DNA of 51,376 nucleotides from Eubacteriales bacterium (GTDB lineage: Bacteria; Bacillota; Clostridia; Oscillospirales; CAG-272), in the NCBI GenBank assembly GCA_045658205.1, contig JAZOUM010000126.1, positions 1 to 51,376 of the forward strand, written 5' to 3'. This document shows, piece by piece, positions 7,870-17,798 of the stretch. How positions within the stretch are numbered: the stretch's first letter is position 1; each line of letters starts with the position of its first letter. The notes beneath the pieces were generated by a model. The model searched no databases. It was not told the DNA's origin and worked only from the letters and a program-made list of their open reading frames with translations. Made by a program: the position numbers and the translations under genes.

Positions 7870-9151
7870 TACCGATAGCGCCCCGTTGCTACAGGTCGAA
7901 AATCTGTGTATGTATTTTAAAAGCGGCAAGGGTGAAATGCGCGCGGTTGATAACGTTTCCTTTACGGTGGAAAAAGGCGAGGTGTTTGGACTTGTTGGTG
8001 AGTCGGGATGCGGAAAAACTACCACGGGTCGCTCTATAATCAAGATTTATGACGTGACAAGCGGTAACATATACTTCAATGGACGCAGAATATCCGCAGG
8101 TACAAAAAGCTATAGGGAAGCTATTGAAAGGGCTAAAAGAAATGCCGAGCTTAAGATCTTAGACTTACGAAGTGAGAGTCGAGGTAATACCGAGAAAAAA
8201 GTGGAAAATGACAAACGAGCGAAAGAAATAAAGGCGGAGCTATCAAGCACTATTAAAAGATATAAGAATGAAATAAAGAGCGCCTTATACGACACGGCGT
8301 ATGTTGATAAGAAGTATGCGGTGGAACTTGCTAGAAGGGTAGATGAAAAATATTTGCCTTTGCTTAAGGCTGCTAAGGAGGAAGGTGACAAAAAGCGTAT
8401 CACGGAATTGAAAAAGGAATATACGAAAGAGCGCCGTATTGCTAAGGGCGCAAGACTGCTAACCAAGATACAAATGATATTTCAGGATCCGGTCGCATCA
8501 TTAAACCCAAGAATGACGGTGCGGGAAATAATTTCCGAGGGGCTTGTTATAAGAGGGGTAAGGGATAAAGAATATATAGACGCCAAGGTGTACGAGATGC
8601 TCCGACTCGTAGGACTTGCAAGAGAACATGCCGGCAGATATCCACACGAATTTTCGGGAGGACAAAAGCAACGTATAGGAATTGCCCGCTCGATCATTAT
8701 GAACCCTGAGCTGATCATTGCCGATGAACCTATATCGGCGCTTGACGTATCTATTCAGGCTCAGGTAATAAACCTTTTGAATGATCTGAAAGAGAAGCTT
8801 GGGCTAACAGTCCTTTTTGTTGCCCACGATCTGTCGGTGGTAAAGTATTTTTCAGACAGGATAGGAGTTATGTATCTTGGCAGGATCGTAGAGCTTGCCG
8901 AGACGGACGAGCTTTTTGCTCATCCCTTACACCCATATACTAAGGCTCTGCTTTCAGCGATACCTATTCCCGATCCGATAACAGAGCGTAAGCGAGAGAG
9001 GCTGATATACAATCCGATCAAGGAGCATAACTACACAACCGATGCGCCGTCAATGCGTGAGATCTATCAAGATCATTATGTATTTTGTAACGATAAAGAA
9101 GAAATGATATACAAGAAAGAAATAGAAGAATGGGCGAAAAAAGTAAAATAA
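7847..9151 (+). CDS. ABC transporter ATP-binding protein, OppF-like, with a Lys/Glu-rich insertion
   Basis: Start chosen at ATG 7847 (GGAGGTG RBS). Motifs in order: Walker A GESGCGKT, Q-loop IQMIFQDP, signature FSGGQKQR, Walker B LIIADEPISALD, H-loop VAHDL. Confidence 0.9.
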   Translation: MSIKKADNTDSAPLLQVENLCMYFKSGKGEMRAVDNVSFTVEKGEVFGLVGESGCGKTTTGRSIIKIYDVTSGNIYFNGRRISAGTKSYREAIERAKRNAELKILDLRSESRGNTEKKVENDKRAKEIKAELSSTIKRYKNEIKSALYDTAYVDKKYAVELARRVDEKYLPLLKAAKEEGDKKRITELKKEYTKERRIAKGARLLTKIQMIFQDPVASLNPRMTVREIISEGLVIRGVRDKEYIDAKVYEMLRLVGLAREHAGRYPHEFSGGQKQRIGIARSIIMNPELIIADEPISALDVSIQAQVINLLNDLKEKLGLTVLFVAHDLSVVKYFSDRIGVMYLGRIVELAETDELFAHPLHPYTKALLSAIPIPDPITERKRERLIYNPIKEHNYTTDAPSMREIYQDHYVFCNDKEEMIYKKEIEEWAKKVK

Positions 9152-9537
9152 CATTTACAAAAACGATGATATTGTTTCTGATTTCTATAGTTATCTTTTT
9201 TACCGTGCTTTATTTGAGAGGATTTTTTGATGAGAGTGACAGTAGAGCGCGCGTCTTATATTTTACCGATGCTGTTACCGTTCCGGCATTGGCCTTTGTA
9301 TCTGTCGGCACATTGATATGGGTAGCATCATTTGGTGCCCTGGACGGCATCTTGTATTCATTGAAAAGACTTGGCAGAGGTCTTATACCATTTGCCGAGT
9401 TACATGATTCAAACGTAAGCTACTGCGAGTATAAGGCGCGCGATAAGAGTAATATCAAGCGCGGATATTGGGAATACCTTTTTGTAGGAGGAGTATTACT
9501 TTTTATATCAGTAGCTTTGACCGTGCTATATAGTTAA
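9130..9537 (+). CDS. Small integral membrane protein of unknown function
   Basis: 135 aa with about three hydrophobic helices, overlapping the end of the OppF-like gene. The start is uncertain (9130 or 9163) and no good RBS is visible. It vaguely resembles small DUF3899-type proteins, from memory only. Confidence 0.45.
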   Translation: MGEKSKITFTKTMILFLISIVIFFTVLYLRGFFDESDSRARVLYFTDAVTVPALAFVSVGTLIWVASFGALDGILYSLKRLGRGLIPFAELHDSNVSYCEYKARDKSNIKRGYWEYLFVGGVLLFISVALTVLYS

Positions 9538-9586
9538 GAGTATTGTTTTTATTATCGTTCGGTTCGATATGTGGATAGATATTAAG

Positions 9587-9635
9587 GAGCGGGTGCGCTA
9601 TAGCGAAATATTGGAGCTGTTAGCGCGCTCGTTTT
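9587..9635 (+). terminator. Probable terminator of the opp-like operon
   Basis: Interrupted stem GAGCG..CGCTA / TAGCG-CGCTC followed by GTTTT. Confidence 0.4.
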
Positions 9636-9675
9636 AAAAATATTTTGTGCGCACGATTTATTTATGCGCAAATAA

Positions 9676-9704
9676 TTGACTTTACTAAGACAATGTGCTA
9701 AAAT
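9676..9704 (+). promoter_or_regulatory. Sigma-A type promoter of the ThyX-like/nadE/pth/mfd operon
   Basis: TTGACT (9676..9681), 17-nt spacer, TAAAAT (9699..9704), about 45 nt upstream of ATG 9750. Confidence 0.6.
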
Positions 9705-9749
9705 AATATTTAAAATATTATGCTCGTACATGGGCAGAAACGAGGTTTT

Positions 9750-10373
9750 ATGCTTACAGTCGAAAGAATTTCGGTTATGAATATGGACAATGCTATCAGA
9801 GGAGCGAGAAATCCTATGAATAGCTGGGCGAAGATGGATTCGTATTATGATGAGAAGGGGAACTTTGTTCTCGGTGAAAACGATCTTTCTTTAGCTCATC
9901 GCCTTGCGGTTGCCGGTACCGATCATAGAAAATTTTTGCGTCAGATCATAGTATCTATGGATATTACGGCTCCGTTCTACTGGTGGAAGGAGTTTGATAC
10001 ATACAAGGTAGGTACCGTTGCCAATTCCTGCTCAACCATGCACAAAATACATGTCAAGGAGTTTTCTCGCGATGATTTCTCTTGCGATAGAATGAGCGAT
10101 GACGCGCTCTGTTGCCTCGATTCTATCATAGCCTTTCTTGAGGGGGAGCGTGTAAAGTTTAACGAGACCAAGGATAAAGAGCATTGGCATAACATAATTC
10201 AGCTTTTACCCACCTCGTACAATCAGATGAGAACCGTTACTCTCAACTATGAGGTGCTCATAAATATGTATTACGCTCGCAAGCATCATAAGCTTGCCGA
10301 GTGGCACACACTCTGCGAGGCTATAGAAAAAATGCCTTACGCAAGGGAGCTTATTCTCATAAAGGAGAACTGA
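9750..10373 (+). CDS. ThyX-fold (Thy1-like) protein lacking the RHR signature; function unknown
   Basis: Start chosen at ATG 9750 (GAGG RBS). Blocks AIRGARNPM, DITAPFYWWKEFDTYKVGTVANSCSTMH and LNYEVLINMYYARKHHKLAEW line up in order with my recollection of ThyX blocks. The stop codon lies 1 nt before the nadE start. Confidence 0.55.
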   Translation: MLTVERISVMNMDNAIRGARNPMNSWAKMDSYYDEKGNFVLGENDLSLAHRLAVAGTDHRKFLRQIIVSMDITAPFYWWKEFDTYKVGTVANSCSTMHKIHVKEFSRDDFSCDRMSDDALCCLDSIIAFLEGERVKFNETKDKEHWHNIIQLLPTSYNQMRTVTLNYEVLINMYYARKHHKLAEWHTLCEAIEKMPYARELILIKEN

Positions 10374-10374
10374 A

Positions 10375-12216
10375 ATGAAGGATAATGACGTTAAGAAAAT
10401 AAGAGTAGGCGCGGTTTCTCCGAGAATACGTCTTGGTGACGTTGCGTATAATACCGGAATTTGTATAGAAGCGGCTAAGAGAGCGTATGACTGCGGTGTC
10501 AGAGTTCTTACCTTCCCGGAGCTTGCCTTGACGGGCGCGACCTGCCGCGATCTATTTTCGCATTACGTATTTCTCGAGCGCGCAGAACGTGGACTTAGGG
10601 AGTTTACGGAAGCTACAAAAGAGCTTGATATGATAAGCTTTATAGGATTTCCCACTATGATCGACTCCTATTGCGTAAACTGTGTTGCCGCAGCTTATAA
10701 GGGAGAGATCCTCGGCGTATCCGTAAAGAACGATCTGCGCGATGATGAAAAAAGATATTTTTCACCTATAGATTTCGGTATCAAGGGGCTTTCGATAGCG
10801 GGACTTGATACGGTTTATCTTTGCGATAATGTGCTTGTCGCTCCCTTTGATGATGAGCTTATTATCAGCGTAGGTGTGAGTTCCGATCAGGGAGCCAATC
10901 TTTTCGTTTGTCCGGAATCCGTGGAATATACGGCGCTTGATCATAAGTACGATCTGATCTTTGCCCGTGAGATGAGCGGCTCTTACGGAGTTGCCTACGT
11001 ATGCGCAAACGCTGGTATGGGTGAGAGCAGTACGGACTCCGTGTACGCCGCCAACAATATTATTGCGGATCGCGGAGAGATACTTATTGACTCACTTCCG
11101 TTTGCTGTCGATAATCTTGTTGTCGCTGACGTTACCGTAGCGCCTGCGTTGTCCGAGCCCGATTTTGATAAATATTACAGCGTTGATGTTGAGGATGAGG
11201 AGTCTATGGGACCGAATCCATTTCTGCCAACCGATCCTAAGGAGCAGAAGGAATTTTGTCTTGAAGCCTTTGAGATACAGTCTCAGGGACTCGCCGCGAG
11301 AATTGAACGCTCTTATTCCAAAACAATGGTTATCGGTGTATCAGGCGGCCTTGACTCAACTCTCGCATTGCTCGTATGCGTAAGAGCGGCTGAAATTCTC
11401 GGTATGGATAAGAAAAATATCATAGGAGTTACTATGCCGTGCTTTGGTACGACAAAGCGTACACGCTCAAATGCGGAAAAGCTTTGCGATGCGCTTGGAG
11501 TGACTCTTCGCACAGTGGATATAAAGACAAGCGTTACACAGCATCTTTCAGATATCGGACACGACGGTACAACTCCCGACGTAACCTATGAGAACGCTCA
11601 AGCGAGAGAGAGAACACAGGTCATTATGGATATTGCCAATATGACGGGCGGACTGGTAGTTGGTACGGGCGATCTTTCCGAGCTTGCGCTTGGTTGGGCT
11701 ACCTATAACGGCGACCATATGTCTATGTACGCGGTTAACGCCTCCGTTCCCAAAACTATGGTAAGACGTATAGTTGAGGTGTATTCGGATATGTACAGAT
11801 ACGACGGCGAAGCATCAGCGATACTTGACGATATTCTTGCCACTCCCGTGTCCCCGGAACTTTTGCCTCCAAAGGACGGAGAGATTGCGCAATGCACAGA
11901 GGCGCTTGTAGGACCCTATGAGCTGCACGACTATTTTCTTTATCATTTTCTTGCGGGCGGACTTTCGCCACGCGACATATATGAGAGCGCCAAGCTCGAT
12001 TTTGACGGCGCTTATGATAATAAAACGATTTTAGGTTGGCTACGTGTATTCGTACGCAGATTCTTTAGTCAGCAGTTCAAACGCTCGTGTATGCCTGACG
12101 GACCTAAGGTCGGTTGTATATCCGTGTCTCCCAGAGGAGCGCTTTCTATGCCGTCTGATATGTCGGCGGCGGTATGGATAGAGGAACTTGATGAGATAGA
12201 AAAAGAGGAACAATGA
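10375..12216 (+). CDS. nadE: Glutamine-dependent NAD+ synthase
   Basis: 613 aa. N-terminal CN-hydrolase-type domain (RVLTFPELALTG) and C-terminal NAD synthetase domain with P-loop VIGVSGGLDSTLAL. Confidence 0.9.
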   Translation: MKDNDVKKIRVGAVSPRIRLGDVAYNTGICIEAAKRAYDCGVRVLTFPELALTGATCRDLFSHYVFLERAERGLREFTEATKELDMISFIGFPTMIDSYCVNCVAAAYKGEILGVSVKNDLRDDEKRYFSPIDFGIKGLSIAGLDTVYLCDNVLVAPFDDELIISVGVSSDQGANLFVCPESVEYTALDHKYDLIFAREMSGSYGVAYVCANAGMGESSTDSVYAANNIIADRGEILIDSLPFAVDNLVVADVTVAPALSEPDFDKYYSVDVEDEESMGPNPFLPTDPKEQKEFCLEAFEIQSQGLAARIERSYSKTMVIGVSGGLDSTLALLVCVRAAEILGMDKKNIIGVTMPCFGTTKRTRSNAEKLCDALGVTLRTVDIKTSVTQHLSDIGHDGTTPDVTYENAQARERTQVIMDIANMTGGLVVGTGDLSELALGWATYNGDHMSMYAVNASVPKTMVRRIVEVYSDMYRYDGEASAILDDILATPVSPELLPPKDGEIAQCTEALVGPYELHDYFLYHFLAGGLSPRDIYESAKLDFDGAYDNKTILGWLRVFVRRFFSQQFKRSCMPDGPKVGCISVSPRGALSMPSDMSAAVWIEELDEIEKEEQ

Positions 12217-12836
12217 GTAATATTTTCGACCTGTTTAAAAAGATAGAATCAAAGGCGGACACTACGCCTGTCAGCTTTATAATAGCCGGACTTGGAAATC
12301 CCGGCGCGCAGTATGAAAAAACGCGTCATAACGTAGGATTTCTTGCCATAGACTATATTGCCGAGAAGCTTGGCGTACGTATTGATCGCGCTAAATTCCA
12401 CGCGCTCGTTGCTGAAGCTAAGATAGGCAATGTCAGAGTGCTTCTTATGAAGCCGCAGACCTTTATGAACAACTCCGGAGTTGCGATCGGAGAGGCGGCA
12501 GCATTTTACAAGATACCCGCAGACCGTGTGCTTGTTTTACACGATGAGATCAGCTTTGATCCCGGTCTTATGAGAATCAGACGTAAAGGATCTGCAGGCG
12601 GACACAATGGTCTTAAGAGCATTATCGCGCATCTTGCGTCGGAGGAGTTTCCGAGAGTAAAGATCGGAGTAGGTAAAAAACCGACTCCCGAATACGATCT
12701 TGCCGATTGGGTGCTTGGTAAGATGCCCAAGGATCACGCAGATGCCATAGCGGATAGATACGAGGATATACTCTCTGCCTCAAGGCTTATTGCCGAGGGG
12801 AAGATAGACGACGCTATGCAGAGGTATTCGAAGTAA
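12213..12836 (+). CDS. pth: Peptidyl-tRNA hydrolase
   Basis: GLGNPGAQYEKTRHNVGF and GGHNGLKSI motifs. 4-nt overlap with the nadE stop. Confidence 0.95.
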   Translation: MSNIFDLFKKIESKADTTPVSFIIAGLGNPGAQYEKTRHNVGFLAIDYIAEKLGVRIDRAKFHALVAEAKIGNVRVLLMKPQTFMNNSGVAIGEAAAFYKIPADRVLVLHDEISFDPGLMRIRRKGSAGGHNGLKSIIAHLASEEFPRVKIGVGKKPTPEYDLADWVLGKMPKDHADAIADRYEDILSASRLIAEGKIDDAMQRYSK

Positions 12837-12896
12837 TCTCGGCTTACCTGTATTTCGTGTAGATATACATAGCTAATTTTCTCGGATGGAGAAGAA

Positions 12897-15800
12897 ATGA
12901 ATATATCAAAAATTATTCGTCAGGATAGGGAGTTTGAGGCATTCAGAGAGTGTCTTGCCTCTGATCTTTCCTCAAGGACTCCGTTGCCGATAGTCATTAA
13001 CGGACTTTCGGGCGGAGCATCCGATGCGTTTATTACCGAGGCTGCGAGGGAGATGATATCCCTTGGCGCGTCTCCGGTTCTGATCCTGACACCCGATGAC
13101 ACAGATAGGAGTGAAATTTCCGATCTGCTCGCGCGCAGTGGTATACGTACCGCCGAGTACAAGCCACGCGAGTTGATTTTCCATAACATATCAGCCTCCC
13201 ACGACGTTGACCGTGAGAGGCTACTCGTGTTGTCGAGAATACAAAATAAAGACTTGGATGCCGTCGTAACGACTCCCTCAGCGGCGCTTGGCTTAACTAT
13301 GCCGCCTAACGTCTTGGCATCACATTCGCTGCTTTTGCGACTGGGCGATGAGATATCTCCTAAGGATCTTGCCGCAAGGCTCGTCGATATGGGATTTGCG
13401 CCTGTTGATTCCGTAGAGAGCAGAGGACAGTTTGCCCGTCGCGGAGGTATAGTTGACTTTTGGGGCGCTGATACTGCCGAGCCGTGCAGAGTGGAGTTCT
13501 TCGGCGACGAGGTAGATAGACTTGCGTATTTTGATCCGCTTTCGCAAAGAGCGCTTTCTCAGATAAGCGAGATATCCTTGCTCCCTGCTCGCGAGGTTAT
13601 AGTGGATGCCGTCGCAAGAGAGCGTATAAGATCGGAGATCACGAAGCTCTTGAAAAATAAGGGGCTCAGTGATGAAGTGAGGGCGAGACTTGCAAACGAG
13701 CTTTCCACTACTGAGTCAAGCGCAGAACTGAATTTTAAAGACAAGTACTTAGGTTTGATATATGAAAATAATAGTTGTCTTTTTGATTATTTTAATGCCG
13801 AAAAAACGAATGCGACTATAGTTATAGGCACTAACGGTTGCAGAGAAAACGCAGAGAAATCCGAGGCAAAGCTTAAGTCAGATATTGACGGAATGGTATC
13901 TGTCGGCTCGGTCAGCTTAAAAGCTGCGGTTTATTCGAAGGATACCGCGTTCTATAAGGAGATGCTTAGTAATCGTGTGACGGTACACGTAAATTCATTT
14001 GCGGGAGGCGTAGGCTCGGAAAAGCTTGCGGGGCTTTTTGGGTTCCGCTCAAGACGTACCGTATCTTACGGTGGACACGGCAATGCGTCTATGCTCGTAG
14101 AGGATCTTAACAGTCTCAGAAAGGGCTTGTACCGTATATTAATTCTTTCCGAAAATGCGCAGGGAGCCGATTCATTGGTAGATGTGCTTGCGGCGTCTGA
14201 TATCTACGCCCATAACGTCGCGAGAGTCGAAGATTTCGACGTTTCCACAGCGGCAGGCGGCGAAATATTCGTTGGCATAGGCTCGTACGAGGGCTTCGAT
14301 CTGCTCGTACCGAAAATAGCAGTTTTGTCGATGGCGCAGGACAAGGGAAAAGCTATAATGCAGCATCGCAGACGTCAGAGAGTTCTTAAAAGAGTCGGTG
14401 GCGCCGGTAAGAAAATAATGAGTCACGCCGATTTATCCGTCGGAGATTACGTGGTACACGCTAACTACGGTATAGGTCTTTTTGAGGGCATCGAGGCTGT
14501 CACGGTAGACGGTGTAACCAAGGATTATATAACCATAAGATACGCAGGTACGGATAAGCTATTTGTTCCCTGCGATCGCCTTGAAATGATAGGCAAATAC
14601 ATTGGTGACAGAGCAAAGGACGGCACGGTCAAGCTATCTGAAATGGGTGGCGGAGGCTGGCAGAGGACAAAATCTCGCGCTAAGGCGGCAGTTAAGGATA
14701 TTGCGAAAAAGCTCATAGATCTATATGCCGAGCGACAGCGCACACCCGGATTTGCTTTCCCGAAGGATTCTGAGCTTGAGGCGGAGTTTGACTCCGAGTT
14801 TGGATACGAGGAAACCGATTCACAGCTCATCGCCATAAATGAGATCAAGGCGGATATGATGAAGAGTGTGCCTATGAACAGGCTTTTATGCGGAGACGTG
14901 GGCTTTGGCAAAACCGAGGTTGCTCTCCGAGCGGCGTTCAAGGCTATACTTGGAGGTAAGCAGGTAGCCCTACTCGTGCCTACGACTATACTCGCGCTCC
15001 AACACTACCAGACGGCGATATCGCGTATGAGAGGATACGGCGTTAGCGTTGAGATGATATCACGCTTTAAAAAGCCTAAGGAACGCGCTGAGATCATGGC
15101 AAAGACCGCCAAGGGATCCGTAGACCTCCTTATAGGTACGCATTCCATTCTTTCAAAGAATCTTACCTTCCGAGATCTTGGACTTTTGATCATAGACGAG
15201 GAACAGCGCTTCGGCGTAGTGCAAAAGGAAAGACTGCGTGAGATGGCGAGAAACGTAGATACACTTATGCTCTCGGCGACTCCTATACCGAGAACGCTTA
15301 ATATGTCTATGAGCGGTATCAACGATATATCCGTTCTCGATGAGGCGCCGGGTGAACGACGCCCCGTGCAGACGTACGTGCTTGAGCATGATGAGGAAAT
15401 TATAATCGATGCGCTAAAGCGTGAGCTGTCAAGAGGCGGACAAACGCTATATCTTTACAACAAGGTAGAGGATATCGATCTTGTTGCCGGCAGGATAGCA
15501 GAGTCGTTACCCGATGCCCGTGTAACGTATGCGCACGGAAAAATGGAAAAAGAGGAGCTTGAGGATATCTGGCAGATGCTCGTAAGGGGTGAGATAGATA
15601 TACTCGTATGCACCACTATAATTGAAACGGGCGTGGATCTGCCAAACGCCAATACGCTTGTTATTGAAAATGCGGAGCGCTTTGGACTTTCACAGCTACA
15701 TCAGATACGAGGACGTGTCGGCAGAAGCGAAAGACAGGCGTACGCTTACTTCACCTACAAGAGAGGAAAACATCTTAACGAAACTGCTGAAAAGCGACTT

Positions 15801-16463
15801 GAGGCTATCAAGGAGTTTGCGGAGTTTGGCGCCGGCTTTAAGATAGCGTTGCGCGATCTTGAGATAAGGGGCGCCGGTAATCTGCTTGGCGCAGAGCAGC
15901 ACGGATTTATCGAGAGCGTCGGCTATGATTTGTACGTCAAGCTGCTTAACGAGGCTGTGCTTGAAGAACGCGGAGAAAAGAGCGAGGAGCGATTTGAGTC
16001 GCAGATCATCATCTCTGTCTCTGCTCATATACCGGAATTTTACATCAAGTCATCTGCGGCGAGAATGGAGATGTACAAGAAGATATCCTTTATCGAAACG
16101 AAGGAAGAGAGGGATGATCTTTATGATGAGTTCTCCGATAGATTTGGTGACGTTCCTCGCACGGTAGAGCGACTTATGGATGTAGCTCTTGCGAAAGCTC
16201 TTGCTTCGCGCGCGAGGATCAAGAAGATAGAGCATTCCGGGCAAAAGCTTACATTCGTTACTGAGAAGCCGGATCTTGCCGTTTGGTCGGAGCTGTTTGC
16301 TACTAATCGATCGCTTTCATTTGTTGGACTTGGCTCACCTTTGATAGTATACAGACTGCGTAAGGATGAGGATCCGACCGTTGTTGCCGCTAAGATCATG
16401 AGCGAGTACGTCTCGGTTATGGATAGCGAAGAGAGCGATAAAATTAACACGCCTAAGGGTTAA
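12897..16463 (+). CDS. mfd: Transcription-repair coupling factor
   Basis: 1188 aa. CarD-like block GDYVVHANYGIG, helicase motif I GDVGFGKTEVA, DEEQRFG, and QLHQIRGRVGRS. Canonical position after pth. Confidence 0.95.
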   Translation: MNISKIIRQDREFEAFRECLASDLSSRTPLPIVINGLSGGASDAFITEAAREMISLGASPVLILTPDDTDRSEISDLLARSGIRTAEYKPRELIFHNISASHDVDRERLLVLSRIQNKDLDAVVTTPSAALGLTMPPNVLASHSLLLRLGDEISPKDLAARLVDMGFAPVDSVESRGQFARRGGIVDFWGADTAEPCRVEFFGDEVDRLAYFDPLSQRALSQISEISLLPAREVIVDAVARERIRSEITKLLKNKGLSDEVRARLANELSTTESSAELNFKDKYLGLIYENNSCLFDYFNAEKTNATIVIGTNGCRENAEKSEAKLKSDIDGMVSVGSVSLKAAVYSKDTAFYKEMLSNRVTVHVNSFAGGVGSEKLAGLFGFRSRRTVSYGGHGNASMLVEDLNSLRKGLYRILILSENAQGADSLVDVLAASDIYAHNVARVEDFDVSTAAGGEIFVGIGSYEGFDLLVPKIAVLSMAQDKGKAIMQHRRRQRVLKRVGGAGKKIMSHADLSVGDYVVHANYGIGLFEGIEAVTVDGVTKDYITIRYAGTDKLFVPCDRLEMIGKYIGDRAKDGTVKLSEMGGGGWQRTKSRAKAAVKDIAKKLIDLYAERQRTPGFAFPKDSELEAEFDSEFGYEETDSQLIAINEIKADMMKSVPMNRLLCGDVGFGKTEVALRAAFKAILGGKQVALLVPTTILALQHYQTAISRMRGYGVSVEMISRFKKPKERAEIMAKTAKGSVDLLIGTHSILSKNLTFRDLGLLIIDEEQRFGVVQKERLREMARNVDTLMLSATPIPRTLNMSMSGINDISVLDEAPGERRPVQTYVLEHDEEIIIDALKRELSRGGQTLYLYNKVEDIDLVAGRIAESLPDARVTYAHGKMEKEELEDIWQMLVRGEIDILVCTTIIETGVDLPNANTLVIENAERFGLSQLHQIRGRVGRSERQAYAYFTYKRGKHLNETAEKRLEAIKEFAEFGAGFKIALRDLEIRGAGNLLGAEQHGFIESVGYDLYVKLLNEAVLEERGEKSEERFESQIIISVSAHIPEFYIKSSAARMEMYKKISFIETKEERDDLYDEFSDRFGDVPRTVERLMDVALAKALASRARIKKIEHSGQKLTFVTEKPDLAVWSELFATNRSLSFVGLGSPLIVYRLRKDEDPTVVAAKIMSEYVSVMDSEESDKINTPKG

Positions 16464-16494
16464 AAGCCCACTAAAACATATAAAGGAAACTATC

Positions 16495-17712
16495 ATGAAA
16501 AATAAAATTAAAACCTCCGATAATGCGTCGAGCAGGGAGCGATCTAAGAAGATACTGATTAAATTCGGTGCTGTCTTTATGTCGTGTATTCTGCTTGTAG
16601 GTGTTATTTTCGGAGCCGTTGGAATAGTAAAAAATACAAGAGCAGTGATGAAATATAAGGGCGTATATCTTACCTCAGGTGTCGCAAACTATCTTTCTGC
16701 ACTATACAAGTACGATTTTATGAGCGCTCTTGCAGGTGTTGGTATCGAGAGCTATGACTCCGAGGACTTCTGGCAGAGCGAGACCGAGGACGGTGAAATA
16801 TGGGCAGATATTCTCACGGATGGCGTCAATACGTATCTTAAGCGTATAGTCATCGGTAACTATCTTTTTGACAGAAATACCCGACTTAACAGCGATGATA
16901 AGGCTGTTATTGAAAAGGCGGTCGGAGAGGTTATTGATTATCGTCTTGGCGGTATGGATAATTTTAATAAGCTCGCGGATGAAATGGGCTTTACCTACCG
17001 TGATTTTGAGAAGGCGGTAGAAATGCTCTATAAGTACGAGATGGCTGAAAAGGTAGTTTTCGGATACGATGGCTCCGCGCTTTCCGGCGGTGGATTTGAG
17101 GAGGAGTGCGATGAGTATTTCGAGAGTGCGTATTCTAAGGTAATGCTTATGTTCATACGCACCGACGGTGAATATTATACCGATCCCGAGACGGGAAAAG
17201 AGGAGTTTTCAGAGTACGATGATGCTACAAAGCAGACCGTAGCGGAGGAAATAGCGTATATACGTATGCTTACCGAGAATGCTAATAATCAGTCGGGCGA
17301 GCAGATGAATGCTGAGCTTTTCCGCGACTATATAGTCCAGGATTATCCCACGGGCTCGGCCAACGATACCGAGGGCTACTATTTCTCCGATGAGTCGTCG
17401 TACTCTCTTGAGTTTGCGCAGGGCGCTCCCGAGATCGTAAGACTTGCCCTTACCTTAGAGGAAGGCGAATACGCGGAGTGCGAGGTGGATTTTGGAGTTT
17501 GCTTTATATACAAGTGTCCGCTTGACGAGAGAGCCTACACACGCGCTATGGTAGCTCACTTCTTTGCGGATTTCTATGCCAATGCGTCAAGCTATTTGTA
17601 TTCCAAATCTCTTGATACCTATATAACCGCAGTCACGGTTAAGAATAGATATAATTCCGAATCGGTTTTGACGGTACCGTACAGCTATGAGCTTTCGGTT
17701 AAATTCGGATAA
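16495..17712 (+). CDS. Membrane-anchored PrsA/SurA-like foldase with a divergent parvulin-like domain
   Basis: N-terminal TM anchor. The position after mfd is typical of Clostridia prsA-like genes. The C-terminal part (SKVMLMFIRTD ... FGVCFIYK) resembles a degenerate parvulin PPIase pattern. Confidence 0.45.
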   Translation: MKNKIKTSDNASSRERSKKILIKFGAVFMSCILLVGVIFGAVGIVKNTRAVMKYKGVYLTSGVANYLSALYKYDFMSALAGVGIESYDSEDFWQSETEDGEIWADILTDGVNTYLKRIVIGNYLFDRNTRLNSDDKAVIEKAVGEVIDYRLGGMDNFNKLADEMGFTYRDFEKAVEMLYKYEMAEKVVFGYDGSALSGGGFEEECDEYFESAYSKVMLMFIRTDGEYYTDPETGKEEFSEYDDATKQTVAEEIAYIRMLTENANNQSGEQMNAELFRDYIVQDYPTGSANDTEGYYFSDESSYSLEFAQGAPEIVRLALTLEEGEYAECEVDFGVCFIYKCPLDERAYTRAMVAHFFADFYANASSYLYSKSLDTYITAVTVKNRYNSESVLTVPYSYELSVKFG

Positions 17713-17798
17713 TAAGACGTTTAGGCGGTACATCATATCGCAACACATATAGAAAAATAAAAGGAGATAGCTTTTATCAAGCAATCTTTGCATTCAAA

